A DNA stretch of 64,000 nucleotides from Eledone cirrhosa. Its lineage: Eukaryota. Each line of letters starts with the position of its first letter. The first letter of the stretch is position 1. Positions 1 to 12,659 of the stretch are shown here, piece by piece. The DNA lies in NCBI GenBank assembly GCA_964016885.1, contig OZ024742.1:257300001-257364000 (forward strand), read 5' to 3'. Under the pieces are notes generated by a model. The model was not told the DNA's origin, did no database searches, and worked only from the letters and a program-made list of their open reading frames with translations. Both the position numbers and the translations under genes were made by a program.

Positions 1-1224
1 TCCAAATTTGTTTAGGACTTTAGTGTAGAGGGTGATTTCCAGGTATCCCATGACTAGGTTGGCATAAGTAGGGGCTGTTTTCGTTCCCATAGCGGTCCCA
101 GATTTCTGCCTGTAGGGTTTGTTATTGAAAACGAAGTAATTGTTCTCCAAGATAAATTTGAGTCCCTCTATCACGAATTCTTTTTTGATGCATTGTGGGA
201 GTTCATTTAGGAAATTATCCAGCCAGAATTGGATAGCTTCTATTCCTAGGTTGTGGGGGATGTTGGAGTATATGTTGACTTAATCGAACGTCACTAGTAG
301 GGTTTGTTCAGAAAGTGGCATATTAGGGAGGTGATTGAGCATATCTAGGTCGTCCCTTATATAGCTTTTGATGTGCTTGAGGAAGGGTTTGAGAAGGGTA
401 TCAATGATGTTGCTAAGACGGTGTGTTTCGCAAGCGGGGCCTGCTATTATAGGTCTTAATTTGAGATCATTGGGTGAGGGGACATTGATGACTATGTCTG
501 TGGCTTCCTTGCATGCCTTACTTATTGATTCGCTTTTATGTACTTTAGGGATACCGTAGAAAAGGCTGGATTTACTTGTGAAGTCTGTGATGAAGCTGAA
601 TTCCTTGTTAGTGAGTCCTTCTTTGTATTGGTTGATTAGAGTTTTTAGGTTTCTCATAATTTTCTGTTGATTGTAGTGTTCAGCCTTTTCGTAGTATGTT
701 TCGTTTTCCAAAGTGGAGAGCTCTAAGTTGATATAGAATTCTGTCTCCATTAGGACTACTGTACTCCCTTTATCAGCCTCTTTAATTGTAATGGTTCTGT
801 CGGTTTTTAATCTATTTAATTCTTCCCATTCTTTCTTGTTGAGGTTTGGCTTGTGCTTTTGTCTGTGCAAGTGTTGGTAAGGGAAGTTTGTGATGTGTTC
901 ACAGAATTCGTCCCGGATTTTATTTCTACCTTTTGAAGGGGTGTAATTGCTTCTCTTCCTGGCTAATGATTCATCCTCATTGTACTGGTCGAATAGTCGT
1001 TCACTAAGTCGTAACTTTCTACAGAAGTCTGTGATGTCTTCCTTCATTTCATAGTAGTTAGGACGTAGTGGGGTCGGTGTGAATTTAAGACCTTTGGAGA
1101 GTAAGTTGATAAGGTAGGGTGTTGGTTCTGCACTAGTAAGATTGATAATTTTTATTACTATCGGTTTCTCCTCCCTGTCTTGTGTTATTTTGTTTGCCTG
1201 TATCTGTGTGCTGTGTCTAAAAAA
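1..1224 (-). pseudogene. Penelope-like (Neptune-type) reverse transcriptase, N-terminal part; one in-frame stop; runs off the window start
   Basis: One frame from about 1217 to 1 reads IINLTS..LLSKGLKFTPTP..TIKEADKGSTVV..FYGIPKVHK..LRPIIAG..LVTFD*VNIYSNIPH..FILENNYFVFNNKPYRQKSGTAMGTKTAPTYANLVM. The only lesion is TAA at 280-282. These are established PLE RT motifs, and GTAMG..AP.YAN is Neptune-like. Confidence 0.93.
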
Positions 1225-2405
1225 TGGTTGGGGTAGAGGGGTTGTCTGCTGATGTTAAGTGGTCTCCTGTGTTTGTTATATTCCTTGTTGTTGTAAAATG
1301 TGGTTCGGGTTGGTGGTTGTAGATTGAATGGGGTGTTCCTGCACTGCGAGTATGGGTGTGTGTTTCTATGTGCCATGTTGTATTGTGGTGTTATAAGTGG
1401 CCTACGTTGTTGGTTGTATCGTGTGGTGTGGGTTCGTTGTGTATTGTGGAAGTGAGAGTTGAGAAAATGGTAATTACATTGCTGTCCCCTTGAAGCGGGG
1501 AAGTTGTTGCATCTATCATGGCGGTGGTATCTTTTCCCTATGTTTGACGATGAGGAATCCGCGTAGTAGTTGAGTGATTTGGTATGGTGTCTCCTTGAAG
1601 GGGGAAAGTTGTAAATGTCATTCTGGGGGAGATGATTTCTTGAGTTTTTGTTCCTTCTTATGGTAGCGAGGTTGGGAAGTTCATCTTCGGTGTGGTGCTT
1701 CCTTCTTCGTTTGTTTGAGGCTTGGGGGTTTGAGAAGTTGTTGTGCGGTTCAGTTATGGGTTTTCCTATTTTTATGAACGGGTTATTGGAGGTGTAATCC
1801 GTTTGAAAAGTCGATTCATAGTGTAGGAACCAAGCGGCACTTTTTTCCCAGCGTTGAAGGGATTTCAGTTCTTCTCTGTTGCAGTCCTCTTTCCATAATT
1901 TGGAGATCTTCTCTACCTTGGGGCCTTCAGTTTTGTTGTTGATTTCCAGGAGGATCTCTTCATCGATGGTGTTGATTTTTTCCTCATTTGTCTGGGCCCT
2001 CAGTTTAAGAAGTTCAATTTCTGTCTTCATTTTTTCCTATGCCATTCTTTCCCTAAGGTGTCTTTGAGGTTCGGGTTCATTTGGAATGGACTTTATTTGT
2101 AGTTTACGGGGGAGAGTTAGAGGGGTTGAATTAAGCCATTTTTCATATATCTCTGCTTTGTTGTGATTTTGTATCATCTTCCAGAATGAGAACTTTCTGT
2201 CTCTGAGGGATTTGTTCCATTTTGGAATTGTTCGAATTTTCATTTTGTGTGAATCAATCTCACTTGGTTCTTCGTTGGTTTTTCCTGGGTTGGTAGTAGT
2301 GAACATAGTTTGGATAGTATCGCAAAGGTTTTGGAGTTTGTCGCCGATTTCGGAGGGTTTGTATCCGGTGGCGGTTTCCTTATTTGTGGAGTCAAGTTTG
2401 TCTAA
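1185..2405 (-). pseudogene. Upstream ORF1 of the same PLE (helical/coiled-coil-like N-part, low-complexity basic N/H/R-rich C-part); one in-frame stop; 5'-truncated
   Basis: ORFs 2037..2420 and 1185..2030 are in the same frame, separated by one TAG (RERMA*EKMKTEIELL). This is about 400 otherwise open codons directly upstream of, and overlapping, the RT frame. Confidence 0.7.
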
Positions 2406-2539
2406 TGCTAACCCATACAATCGCTAGTACTATTTTGTTCCTAATTAAACCATTTTTCAACTGTGAGCGATTTGTCAGCGTTTTCTATTCCGTTTACCAA
2501 TATATGGTGGCTTGTGTGTTGCACCTCTATTCTTTTACC

Positions 2540-2634
<95 letters not shown>

Positions 2635-3084
2635 GAATGGATGCGTAACACACAAGTTGTTATATGTTGGTGAACGGAATGGAAGGTGCTGACAAGTTGT
2701 TCACAGTTGAAGAATGGTTTAATTAGGAATGGGGGAGTATTGGTGGTTGTATTGGTTGGTATTCAGTTGTGGTTTTAAGTTTTTACCGGTTGCGCATTTC
2801 TGAGTGCTTTTCAGGGGTGGTTTTGAGATAGAGCGTCCGTATTGTTGGCTCTGATGAGAGCTAACAACACGGAGGCTCTATCTCAAAGTTATTTTTGAAA
2901 AGCATTTAGAAATGCGCAACCGATAAAAGCTTAAAACTTAAAACCACAACTGAATACTAACCCATACAATCACTAATACTCTTTTATTCCTAATTAAACC
3001 ATTTTTCAACTGTGAACAATTTGTCAGCATTTTCTATTCCGTTTACCAATATATAATAACTTGTGTGTTACACCTCTATTCTTT

Positions 3085-3090
<6 letters not shown>
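2403..3090. repeat. Three copies of a PLE terminal repeat: direct copy 2403-2540, (TA)n, then a 460-bp imperfect palindrome 2631-3090 centred at about 2854
   Basis: Manual alignment shows 2631-2852 is the reverse complement of 2857-3090, and 2403-2540 matches 2952-3090. The palindrome centre reads ctgatgag. Confidence 0.9.
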
Positions 3091-3127
<37 letters not shown>

Positions 3128-3381
3128 TACACAACCACCCATGCTATTTCTCAGTTTGCTGAGGTAACGTCGACCGATTCACTTGATGATGTATGATAAA
3201 GCCGAAATATTTGTGATCATTAAACATTTGTAACGTTATTTCTGACCGTCCTCTCTTTTAATACATAACTTAACTGTGTTCTTTTTTTCCTCTTCTCCTT
3301 CCTGATTACCTTGGTGTTTTTTCCAAACGCGCATTTTCGTGCTTTCAAATAACCAAACATATATTATATTCATGTGTATCT

Positions 3382-3461
<80 letters not shown>

Positions 3462-3540
3462 GAAAAAAAAAAAAAAAAACAGGTATGCAAACAAATATAG
3501 TTATATTAGGTTCCCATTGGGAGCAAGTGGATAAGGTTTC

Positions 3541-3568
3541 AACGTTTCGGAGAGGAATTCTTCATCAG
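3541..3568 (-). ncRNA. Degenerate minimal hammerhead core in a PLE 3' remnant
   Basis: The minus strand reads CUGAUGA-agaauuccucucc-GAAAC-guu. Stem II is poorly paired. Confidence 0.5.
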
Positions 3569-4079
3569 AAAAGTTTCGGATAGGGTGAGAAAGGTGCAAG
3601 TATGAGTAGTGTGTGAAGGTTAAGAAAGGTAGTTAGTAATAGGTGGTGAGGGAGTAAAAAGATAGATAGGGGTAGGTAGTTAAAAGATCCGGCCATGGTG
3701 GTGGGTGTACAGGGATGTCATGTGTGTCGTTGAATGAGTTTGCCGTAGAAATTGTTCGATGTGTCACGATATCAATAAAAACACACGCAACAGTTAGCTT
3801 CCAATTGAGTTTATTATCCGTTGGTAATTATTCATCGATTAGTTTTTGAACCAGATGTAGGTATAATTGCTTTCTTTTTCGCCTGAAATTTAACCAGTAA
3901 ACGACGAGGAAAAAATATGAAGGCAAATAACAATAAACTGATTTGTTATAAATGTGGAGCTTGAAATTATGGGCAGCTTGGCGCTCCCAGAGTATAACAA
4001 TATATGTTTCGAAATCATGATACACATCTGTCTATCCCTCTACCTATTTCTCTGTCTGTATATCTCTCTCCCTCTCTCG

Positions 4080-4155
<76 letters not shown>

Positions 4156-4922
4156 GTATTTATGTATACGGTAACTAATACCTCTTTACAGAAGAAGACT
4201 ATCTATTCACCGAATTATCTGCTGTAAATGCAGGCTGCTTGACTGTTTGATACCTGAAAAGGCTTTGTTTACGATTATCCTTTCTAGACCCATATCACAG
4301 TGCATCCCATAAAATGGCTGCTCAGATGCTCAAGACTCCACCGAAGCATATTGATGTTCAGGTTAACAGCACAGCAAAGTTAGAATAAGACACAAGACCC
4401 CCAATGCAGGTTTATGACTCTGCTTCTAGCCGCTCGAGTCTGCAACATGTGACACTACTCGATCGTCGTGGCACTCATGAAGAAATATCAGTAAATGGAG
4501 ATGGCAATGGTACGTGATTGTGGTAGAAACATAGCACGGATTCTATCCTACAGCTGTGTGTCCAGCGACAAGCTAAGGAAAGATAAATGGACAGTTAGCT
4601 TGATCGCATGTGTTATTGTCATGGCGTTTAACCCCTTTGGGATGTCTAGCCGTACTCAACATGCTTGACTAATTGCAGGTTAGTGTGTCTATTTAAACCA
4701 TAGATGGGGTGGGTGGCTGTTGATTCTGTTGGGTTCATTCGCCCTTTCGTTGCTCATACATTTGTGGTGCTGGGTTGCCACTTGCGCTCTTCATCAGTTC
4801 AGTGTCTGGTGGGGCGTCGGTTTAGATAAAAACAACGTGACCATGAAACAGATTGTACTTCATTATGAGGTCAGGTCTCTGCCTGCTACATCTACCATCT
4901 TTCTCTCTCTCCCTCTCTCTCG

Positions 4923-4953
<31 letters not shown>

Positions 4954-4984
4954 TATACATATGTGTGTATGTGTGTGTCTGTGT

Positions 4985-5041
<57 letters not shown>

Positions 5042-5140
5042 AGATTGAAACGAAATTTCATTTCTCACTCTTAGTACGGCACTTACTTAAATGCAAGTAT
5101 GTATACGTACATACATATATGTATACAGACGTACAGTAGC

Positions 5141-5175
<35 letters not shown>

Positions 5176-5324
5176 CAGGCACACATATATATATATACTT
5201 ATCAGATTAGCGAACATTTATTATAATGTTCGCTTTGTTCGTTTGTAAACAAACGGACAGCCTGATTTATGCCGTACGGTGTTAAGGCAACCACGTCACG
5301 TTTTTGTTCAACACTGACACAGGA

Positions 5325-5367
5325 ACGATGTACTAGTTTCAAGCTTGTTAGCTATCGTCAGCACCGT
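5325..5367 (-). ncRNA. Intact minimal type I hammerhead ribozyme
   Basis: ACGGUG-CUGACGA-U-AGCU-aaca-AGCU-U-GAAA-CUAG-UA-CAUCGU. It has a 6-bp stem I, a 4-bp stem II and a palindromic ACUAGU stem III. Predicted cleavage is between 5331 and 5330. Confidence 0.88.
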
Positions 5368-5784
5368 ATAGCATTCTGCCAGATAATTGAACGTTCGAAA
5401 GTATATACTTTCCTTATGAAAATTAACGGCTGAGCAGCCTAATTTGCATATCGAGTGAGTTCAGTCGGCCAGGCGCACCGAAAACGATAGATAGAATAGA
5501 TTGAAACGAAATTTCATTTCTCACTCTTAGTACGGCACTTACTTAAATGCAAGTATGTATGTATACGTACATACATATATGTATACAGACGTACAGTGGC
5601 ATGTATATATATATATATATATACATACATACATACAGCCACACACATATATATGTACTTATCAGATTAGCGAACATTTATTATAATGTTCGCTTTGTTC
5701 GTTTGTAAACAAACGGACAGCCTGATTTATGCCGTACGGTGTTAAGGCAACCACGTAACGTTTTTGTTCAACACTGACACAGGA

Positions 5785-5826
5785 ACGATGTGCTAGTTTC
5801 AAGCTTGTTAGCTATCGTCAGCACCG

Positions 5827-5827
<1 letters not shown>
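5785..5827 (-). ncRNA. Second hammerhead copy with U16.1>C substitution (probably impaired)
   Basis: Identical to 5325-5367 except GAAA-CUAG-CA (position 5792). Confidence 0.75.
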
Positions 5828-5867
<40 letters not shown>

Positions 5868-6996
5868 CTGTATGTGTGATAAGTGTACAAACTCCCAAAC
5901 ATATAGCGAAGGAGAAAGATTTAGCTGTATAAATTTTAACTGATTTTCTTTCAATCCATTTTGAAGCAAATCATGTAATAATTCATATTTTATAAATTCA
6001 ATTTTCTAATCTTTATCACATAATTAACTTGTCGTATTGAATGCTATATCTTTTCAAGGTAAATCGTTAAGCGTTGCAACCAAATTAATTAAAGAGTTTT
6101 GCACAATTTTCTGTCGGGGATCGATGAGCAAATTTAGAATATATATGTTGGAAGAGAAAAATACCTTTTTTAAAGCTATATAGCTCATGGCATATAGCCA
6201 TGGTACATTATGTATATACTTAGCACTAAGGTAGCATTTAAGTGGCCATATTCTCGAACAATAGTTTTAATTAGGTTCTTGTCTGGCGAACCAACTTATG
6301 GTTCAAATTGGCTGTAAAGAGACGGCTTTTGCCAGGCAATATATATATAGTAAGGTACTTATTCAAGAAAATTATCTACTACGCTACGAGCTGATAACAG
6401 ACTTAGGCTAGTTCACTACTACTTGCCTAAAATAAATTGATTGACTGAATATATGATCAGACGACATATAAGTGTTTCGTGCTGGTAGCGATTTGTTCTC
6501 ATGTATTATACATACAAATGTTCGCATAGAAGGGCATAAATGATAATTATATATATTTTGGGTTTATTTTTGATTCCTCTATGTTTCTCTCATTCTCTCG
6601 TTCTTCCTCCTCATATAGTGAGGGATAAGTATGAATGTATATATAAATGCATATATATATGAGAGCGTTATATCTGTATGGAGATAGATAGATAGATAGA
6701 TTTACAAGAAAACATGCACACATGCACACACATACACACGCACACACACATGCACACACACATACACACACATAAGTATATAGCCATGTGTTAACATATA
6801 TTCATGGCGGACGTGAGAATAAGTGCTCTATATGTAGTAGAGATTAAATATTGTTTATTGGTGGGATTTGTTACTCTGGCGTTTCACCAGTGCACTCACG
6901 GAATCATCAGACAGTGGTGTAAGAAAAAGCTACATCCTATATATATATATAAATATATATTTATGTGTGATAGAAAGAGATAGATAGATAGAGTGA

Positions 6997-7090
<94 letters not shown>

Positions 7091-7673
7091 GTGTGTATAT
7101 GTATGTGTGTGCGTGTGTAAGTGTGTGTGTAGGAGCATATATAAGCGATTGAAATACATGTGATATATTTAAATGTGGCCTTAGAATAGATAGCTGCAAA
7201 ATTATACCTACACAAAAAAAGCATCGTCCCCTTTTCACTCACGTCGCCAAAATAATAATCAATCCCTCTACGATACCTTAATTTTAGACAACTCTCAAAT
7301 AATAGTCCCCACATTTCTGAGAAATCCTTAAATTCATAAAAAGACTCAACCTTAACATTTGATAATACATAATATTGCTACAGCCTGCCAGTGTCTGTCC
7401 TCTAAATTTAACGTTTGAACTAATTTATTTTCAGATTTTTTTAGATTGCTTTAGTATCATTGTATTTAATAGTAGAGTTTATTGAAACGATTATAATCCA
7501 AATGGAAATATTCACGTGGGTCAGTGTGTATATTTAAAACCGGTAATCGCAGGTAAAGTCGTTTGCGCCGATATCCGCTGTACATGAGGCAGGAAAAGGT
7601 TCAAGCTTGTAGTTATGTACCTTATAGATCTAGCGATATGAAAGTGCGTTTGTAGGCATATATATATATATAC

Positions 7674-7769
<96 letters not shown>

Positions 7770-7779
7770 GAATTTCTTA

Positions 7780-8340
7780 CGGTATAAATGTGTACACAGG
7801 TTTAATATATAGGAGGGTGGATCGGTGTTTTATGAGAAAGGAGAGCAGATGTGGTGAGAAACGAAGATTTAGAAGCAAAGAAGAATACGGCGTTGCAATG
7901 ATAGAGTAGAGTGGTGGTATGTGAATGGAAAAGGAAAAGCGGGCGTTTGAAGAGGGCGCTCGCAAAGTGAAAAGTTGTGATGCGGTCAGGTCCACGGTCG
8001 TGGCTAACGGCAGCTTGGCTCAAACTGATGGAGATGCGAGAAGCTATTTATTGTGACTGGTTCTCGAAGTCATTTTTCCGGCTGCAGAGCCGATGAAGAT
8101 GGAGAATTTGGGAGTAGGTTATGGAAACTTTGATGTAGGGAAAGTCGACATAGGAGCCAGTGTCTGTATAGAAGATGAGGATAGAGAGGTTGTGGAAATG
8201 TTGATCGACAGAGAGAGGAAAACTGATGTCGAGAAAAAGGACGGAAGTATTCGGGACGGGGATAACGTTGAAGGTGGATAAAAAGGCTGGACAAAGTAAA
8301 GGAAAGAGTCCTGGAAGAGAGAGAGGTGTCATGCAACTTC
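7780..8340 (-). mobile_element. Decayed PLE RT thumb fragment
   Basis: ORF 8048..8332 contains IKVSITYSQILHLHRLCSRKNDF, which resembles the PLE SIPYSQ.LR.RRICS...F motif. Confidence 0.6.
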
Positions 8341-8610
8341 ACAGATGTTACGTTTGTTTCATATTGTTTATCGCTCAAATCTGCAAGCTCTTCTGTAATT
8401 TTATCTCGTCCGCCGTCCTTTAAAATACTCCAAAAATATTGTCGATTGTCGAAAGGACCGAAACTCTGTGAGACAATTTTTACAGCAGTTGCATCGATTT
8501 TATAACAGCTTCTGTATTCGCCCGATCTTGTACATATGTATAGTTTTATGTATATGAATGTATATATATATATATATATACACACGCAAACACGCATATA
8601 CACACACGCA

Positions 8611-8647
<37 letters not shown>

Positions 8648-11600
8648 ACACATACACACACATACACCCCCCACACACACACACACCTGATCTTCAAGCG
8701 GTATTCGCATATATTTACTAAATAATTCGTTAAACTTTTGTGAATGACATGTTAGTAATATTATGAGAAGGCACTCCATTGCTAAATTAATTGGCATTGA
8801 TAGAAATCACAAGTTGCTCCCTATATTTATTACAATTTAAAGCTCTCTGAACGTGTTGATGCCAGCATGAGAAGATATATACACCCTTTTATTAAGTACC
8901 CTATAAAATTAAAATTCACTGCCCGTTTATTGCAATATCATTTCTTTCAACCAATACACACTTTGGCAGAATAACGTTCGGAATATAGCGGGATATAAAG
9001 CAAGGTAGTAATAAAGTACTTGACCTAGATATATAGAACATCAATTCAGATCTATTGTGTAGCTTCTGCCTTCTATATATAATGTATCTCGGCATGTTCA
9101 GGATAATAAATAAACTTATTTGCAATCATTAGGTCACGTTTTGAAATCAACTGCATCGTAATTTAAGCAACTGTAATTTAACGTAGGCCTGCGTCTACCC
9201 AAATGATTTCGCCGAAATTTAGTAGACGAAATCTGTTTAGATTCTAATCAGAGAGACTCTACGCGTGATATAAAGTATTCTCTTCACACACTCAGTCACG
9301 CTGGAGATCTTTGAAATTATGGTAAGGATTCACCTGAATGTGAGATATGCAGCTACGTAGTTAGTTTCAGAAGCAGGCTGTCTCGTGGATTAAATAGCTA
9401 GAACACTGATCGTCCAAGTATACGGAGATCCATGGTATCACTGGTTTTGAAATAAAAGCTTCGTATGCGATAATAGAATGTCTAGCAATATGCTGGAACC
9501 ATTTCAATTTATTCACACAGGAAGCTGTAAAAATGACCCAGATATATAGAACATCAATTGAAATCTATTGTGTAGCTTCTGCCGATTCAAATCAAATCTA
9601 TTGTGTAGCTTCTGCCGATAAATCCACTAGCTGGATATATCATACGACCCTTTGGATATAATTAAAACTATAGTTCAAAACTATAGTTTAAAAAGTAGAC
9701 GATGGACATCAGTCTGTTCATCGAACAGTGTTCCAGTTGTTGGACTGATCAGCGTTTAAGCGGTCGATAATACCAAAGGCACGTGCACTTAATTAATTCT
9801 AAGGATGACTCTGCGTGACACAGTGTATGACATTACCGGTTCGTTGAACATCAGGTACGTCGGCCTCCGAAACAGTTTCTCCCTATCCAATATCATTCAT
9901 AAGGTATGAGTCGATCCAAGATTATGGAAAAAAATGCTTTTACGCAACATGACTTGCACTAGGGAAAATGCAGGTTCCTAATGTTTGCAAAATAAATATC
10001 TTAACGATTTGGCATGCGTGTCCGTGAATGTATTGTGTATGTCGCTATGTGAGTGTCTCTCTGTATCGGGCTGTGTGTTTGTGTGTGTGTTTGTGTGTGT
10101 GTATGTGTTATTGTTCGTGGGTGTGTCAATATATGTATCTGGGTTTGTCGAGGAATTTGTGTGTCGGTGTGTGCGTGTTCCGCGGAGATAATTACAGGAC
10201 ATCATCATGTATTCGTATGAATCTTTATACATCCTTCATTGCTCAAATCGATTCTACACCTTTTCCAAATTGTGAGATGACTTTACGATACTACGTACAT
10301 GTTGTAAGTATGTCCAAGAAAAGAATCCCTGGACAGATTTTACGAGTAAAAGCAGCCGGTAGGATAACCAGGGGTAGATCTCAAGGAGGATCCATAATCT
10401 CGGCAAGTCTCAGTGGGGACCCAGCCGGGCCAATTGGAGACAACTACCTCTCACGGGACTCGTTGGAAGGCGTGTCTCAGGACTCAGTTCCCCAAAAGAA
10501 CATAGTTATTATATATCTTGATCGAACAGGTACATTCAGACAAAGCAGCTATATTCCCACACGGAAACGGTTAATGAACCAAAATAATTAGCCGAAAGAA
10601 GTGTTTGTGATTTATGTTTCTTTATGGGGGATACGGATTTTCGGACCTGGAAGGCACCATGAAAAGAAGGGCTCTAAGTAGGATCTTTAACTTAACAATG
10701 GTTTCCCAGGTAGGGACAAATCCATTGATTTCGGAGAAGGGGAAAGTCGATTACATTTACCCCAGAGTGTTACTGGTAAGTTATTTTATTCATTTCGGTA
10801 GGATTTGAAATCAGAAGATAAAGGGCACTAACGCTATGCTGCGAAGCACGGTGTCCGAAGCATAACTGTTGCTGGCATTCCCTCGCCCTTATATTTACAT
10901 CAATAATGTTAACAGAATTGGTTACGAGTGAAAGGGTTACAGTGAAATGTAGCCCCATCCTATTTAACGTTACGTGTTCCAGTTGTTTCACTCAAAATAA
11001 TAGCCTCTTCATTAAATAAACGAGCAAGTGACTGAACATTTCAGAATCACATATATGCTTAATAGGGTGATTCAGCGTGTCACAGTGTCTCACATTCAAT
11101 AGCATATCTTGTCTATCCAACGGGATCCCAAACAATTTCAGCTATTTGAAATTCCCTCTCATAGCTTGAATCAACCCGAGGCTATTATAGTAAATAACGA
11201 TCGATCAAAACAAAAGCATGCATTAGTAATAAACTCAGGACCTTATCATTGTTTGGCGAAATTCTTTACCATCCTGCCATGTTGTGTCCTCTCATAGATA
11301 TATATATATATATAGAGAGAGATTTACATATATCATAATTTCTCAGTGAAGAAATTGTTGAAGTGTTTATTCTATTTCGTTTTAAATATAATCTCTGCAT
11401 CGTATTGTAGAGATAGAAGATTTATATATTTTAAAATCAGTAAGATTTCGATTTTAACTTTTGTACTTTTCGTTTATGTTCCTGAAAATTATAATTCTTT
11501 TTTTTTCTTTTTTGGCGTTAGAATTTGCATTTATTTAGAATATTTATATCTCAGAGGTGTTGGCTGTTTTCCATTATGTGAATTTAATTATGTGTATGCG

Positions 11601-11856
11601 TATATTTATGCTTGTTTTATTTCAAATGGAATATGAATTATAACTGGATAGGCTCATATATTGGTCGAGTTTGTTATCGTCCTTACACTAGTTTAGAAAA
11701 TATGGTTGTACGGACAGAAGCATTCAGTCGTTTCAAATACATAACTTCTATATAAGAAGTACATATATGTAAGCAAGTTACAGATACAAGAACATCTACG
11801 ATGTCAGTATTTTCGATTATATACTAATGTGGTATATATGCTTGCTCTTGCAAACC

Positions 11857-12056
<200 letters not shown>

Positions 12057-12659
12057 GCAGTATGTGGTTGACGTTCTGAAAGAAATGAGTGACCAATTAC
12101 AAAGTAGAGGTTTAATGTTCATTTTTTTAAAGGCTAAATACTGAGTCTTGTCACTCTGATATTTCACCATATATATAAAGTGTTGTATATATGAAGCATT
12201 GTAGAACAGAAATAGAAGTAGAAGTGGGAAATAAGTTTGGTTATGTGGAGGCCCGACAATGCCTGTAAGAAAATGGAACAAAGGAACTAAGATAAAAGAG
12301 TGAGAATGATAGAAATGTATCTTAACAATTTTAATGCTACCCTAATATTTTCCGATTCACCATCCATTATCACGGGCAGGGGAGGTGTGTCTCAGAGAAA
12401 AACCTGATAAATGTCATGGGTGGCTGGTCGATTTAATTTGAATGTAGGAAAGACGTTAAATTTAATGATGTTCGCGCTTGAATCTAAGGAAATCCCTGCA
12501 TCTAATATATGACGTATGTGCATTGGTGTAAACGGGCATGGGTAGTGAGAACAGATTTTAGAGTACGAGGTTAAAACGGATTGTGTGTAGTTGCTCTTCA
12601 ACTTTTTCTAAGGAATTTTTCTGTCTGCTAGATGACCACCCAACGCCATCAGAAGAGAT

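Larger units (their letters stand above)
5033..5829 (-). mobile_element. Retrozyme-like tandem repeat, 460-nt period (about 1.7 units), one hammerhead per unit, flanked by (TA)n
   Basis: 5033-5369 is repeated almost exactly at 5491-5829. HHRs lie at 5325-5367 and 5785-5827. The unit is non-coding. Confidence 0.85.

Noticed and set aside
1-2400. C-rich sense strand of the first PLE as evidence that the whole element is hyper-edited
   Set aside because: Conserved RT motifs are intact, which blanket T>C change would not allow, and there is no second copy in the window to polarise changes.
4740-4800. Minus-strand CUGAUGAAG..GAAA
   Set aside because: No convincing stem II or stem III pairing, so it may be chance or too decayed.
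10028-10591. 187-aa ORF
   Set aside because: It starts in degenerate (TG)n and I recognise no domain in the remainder.
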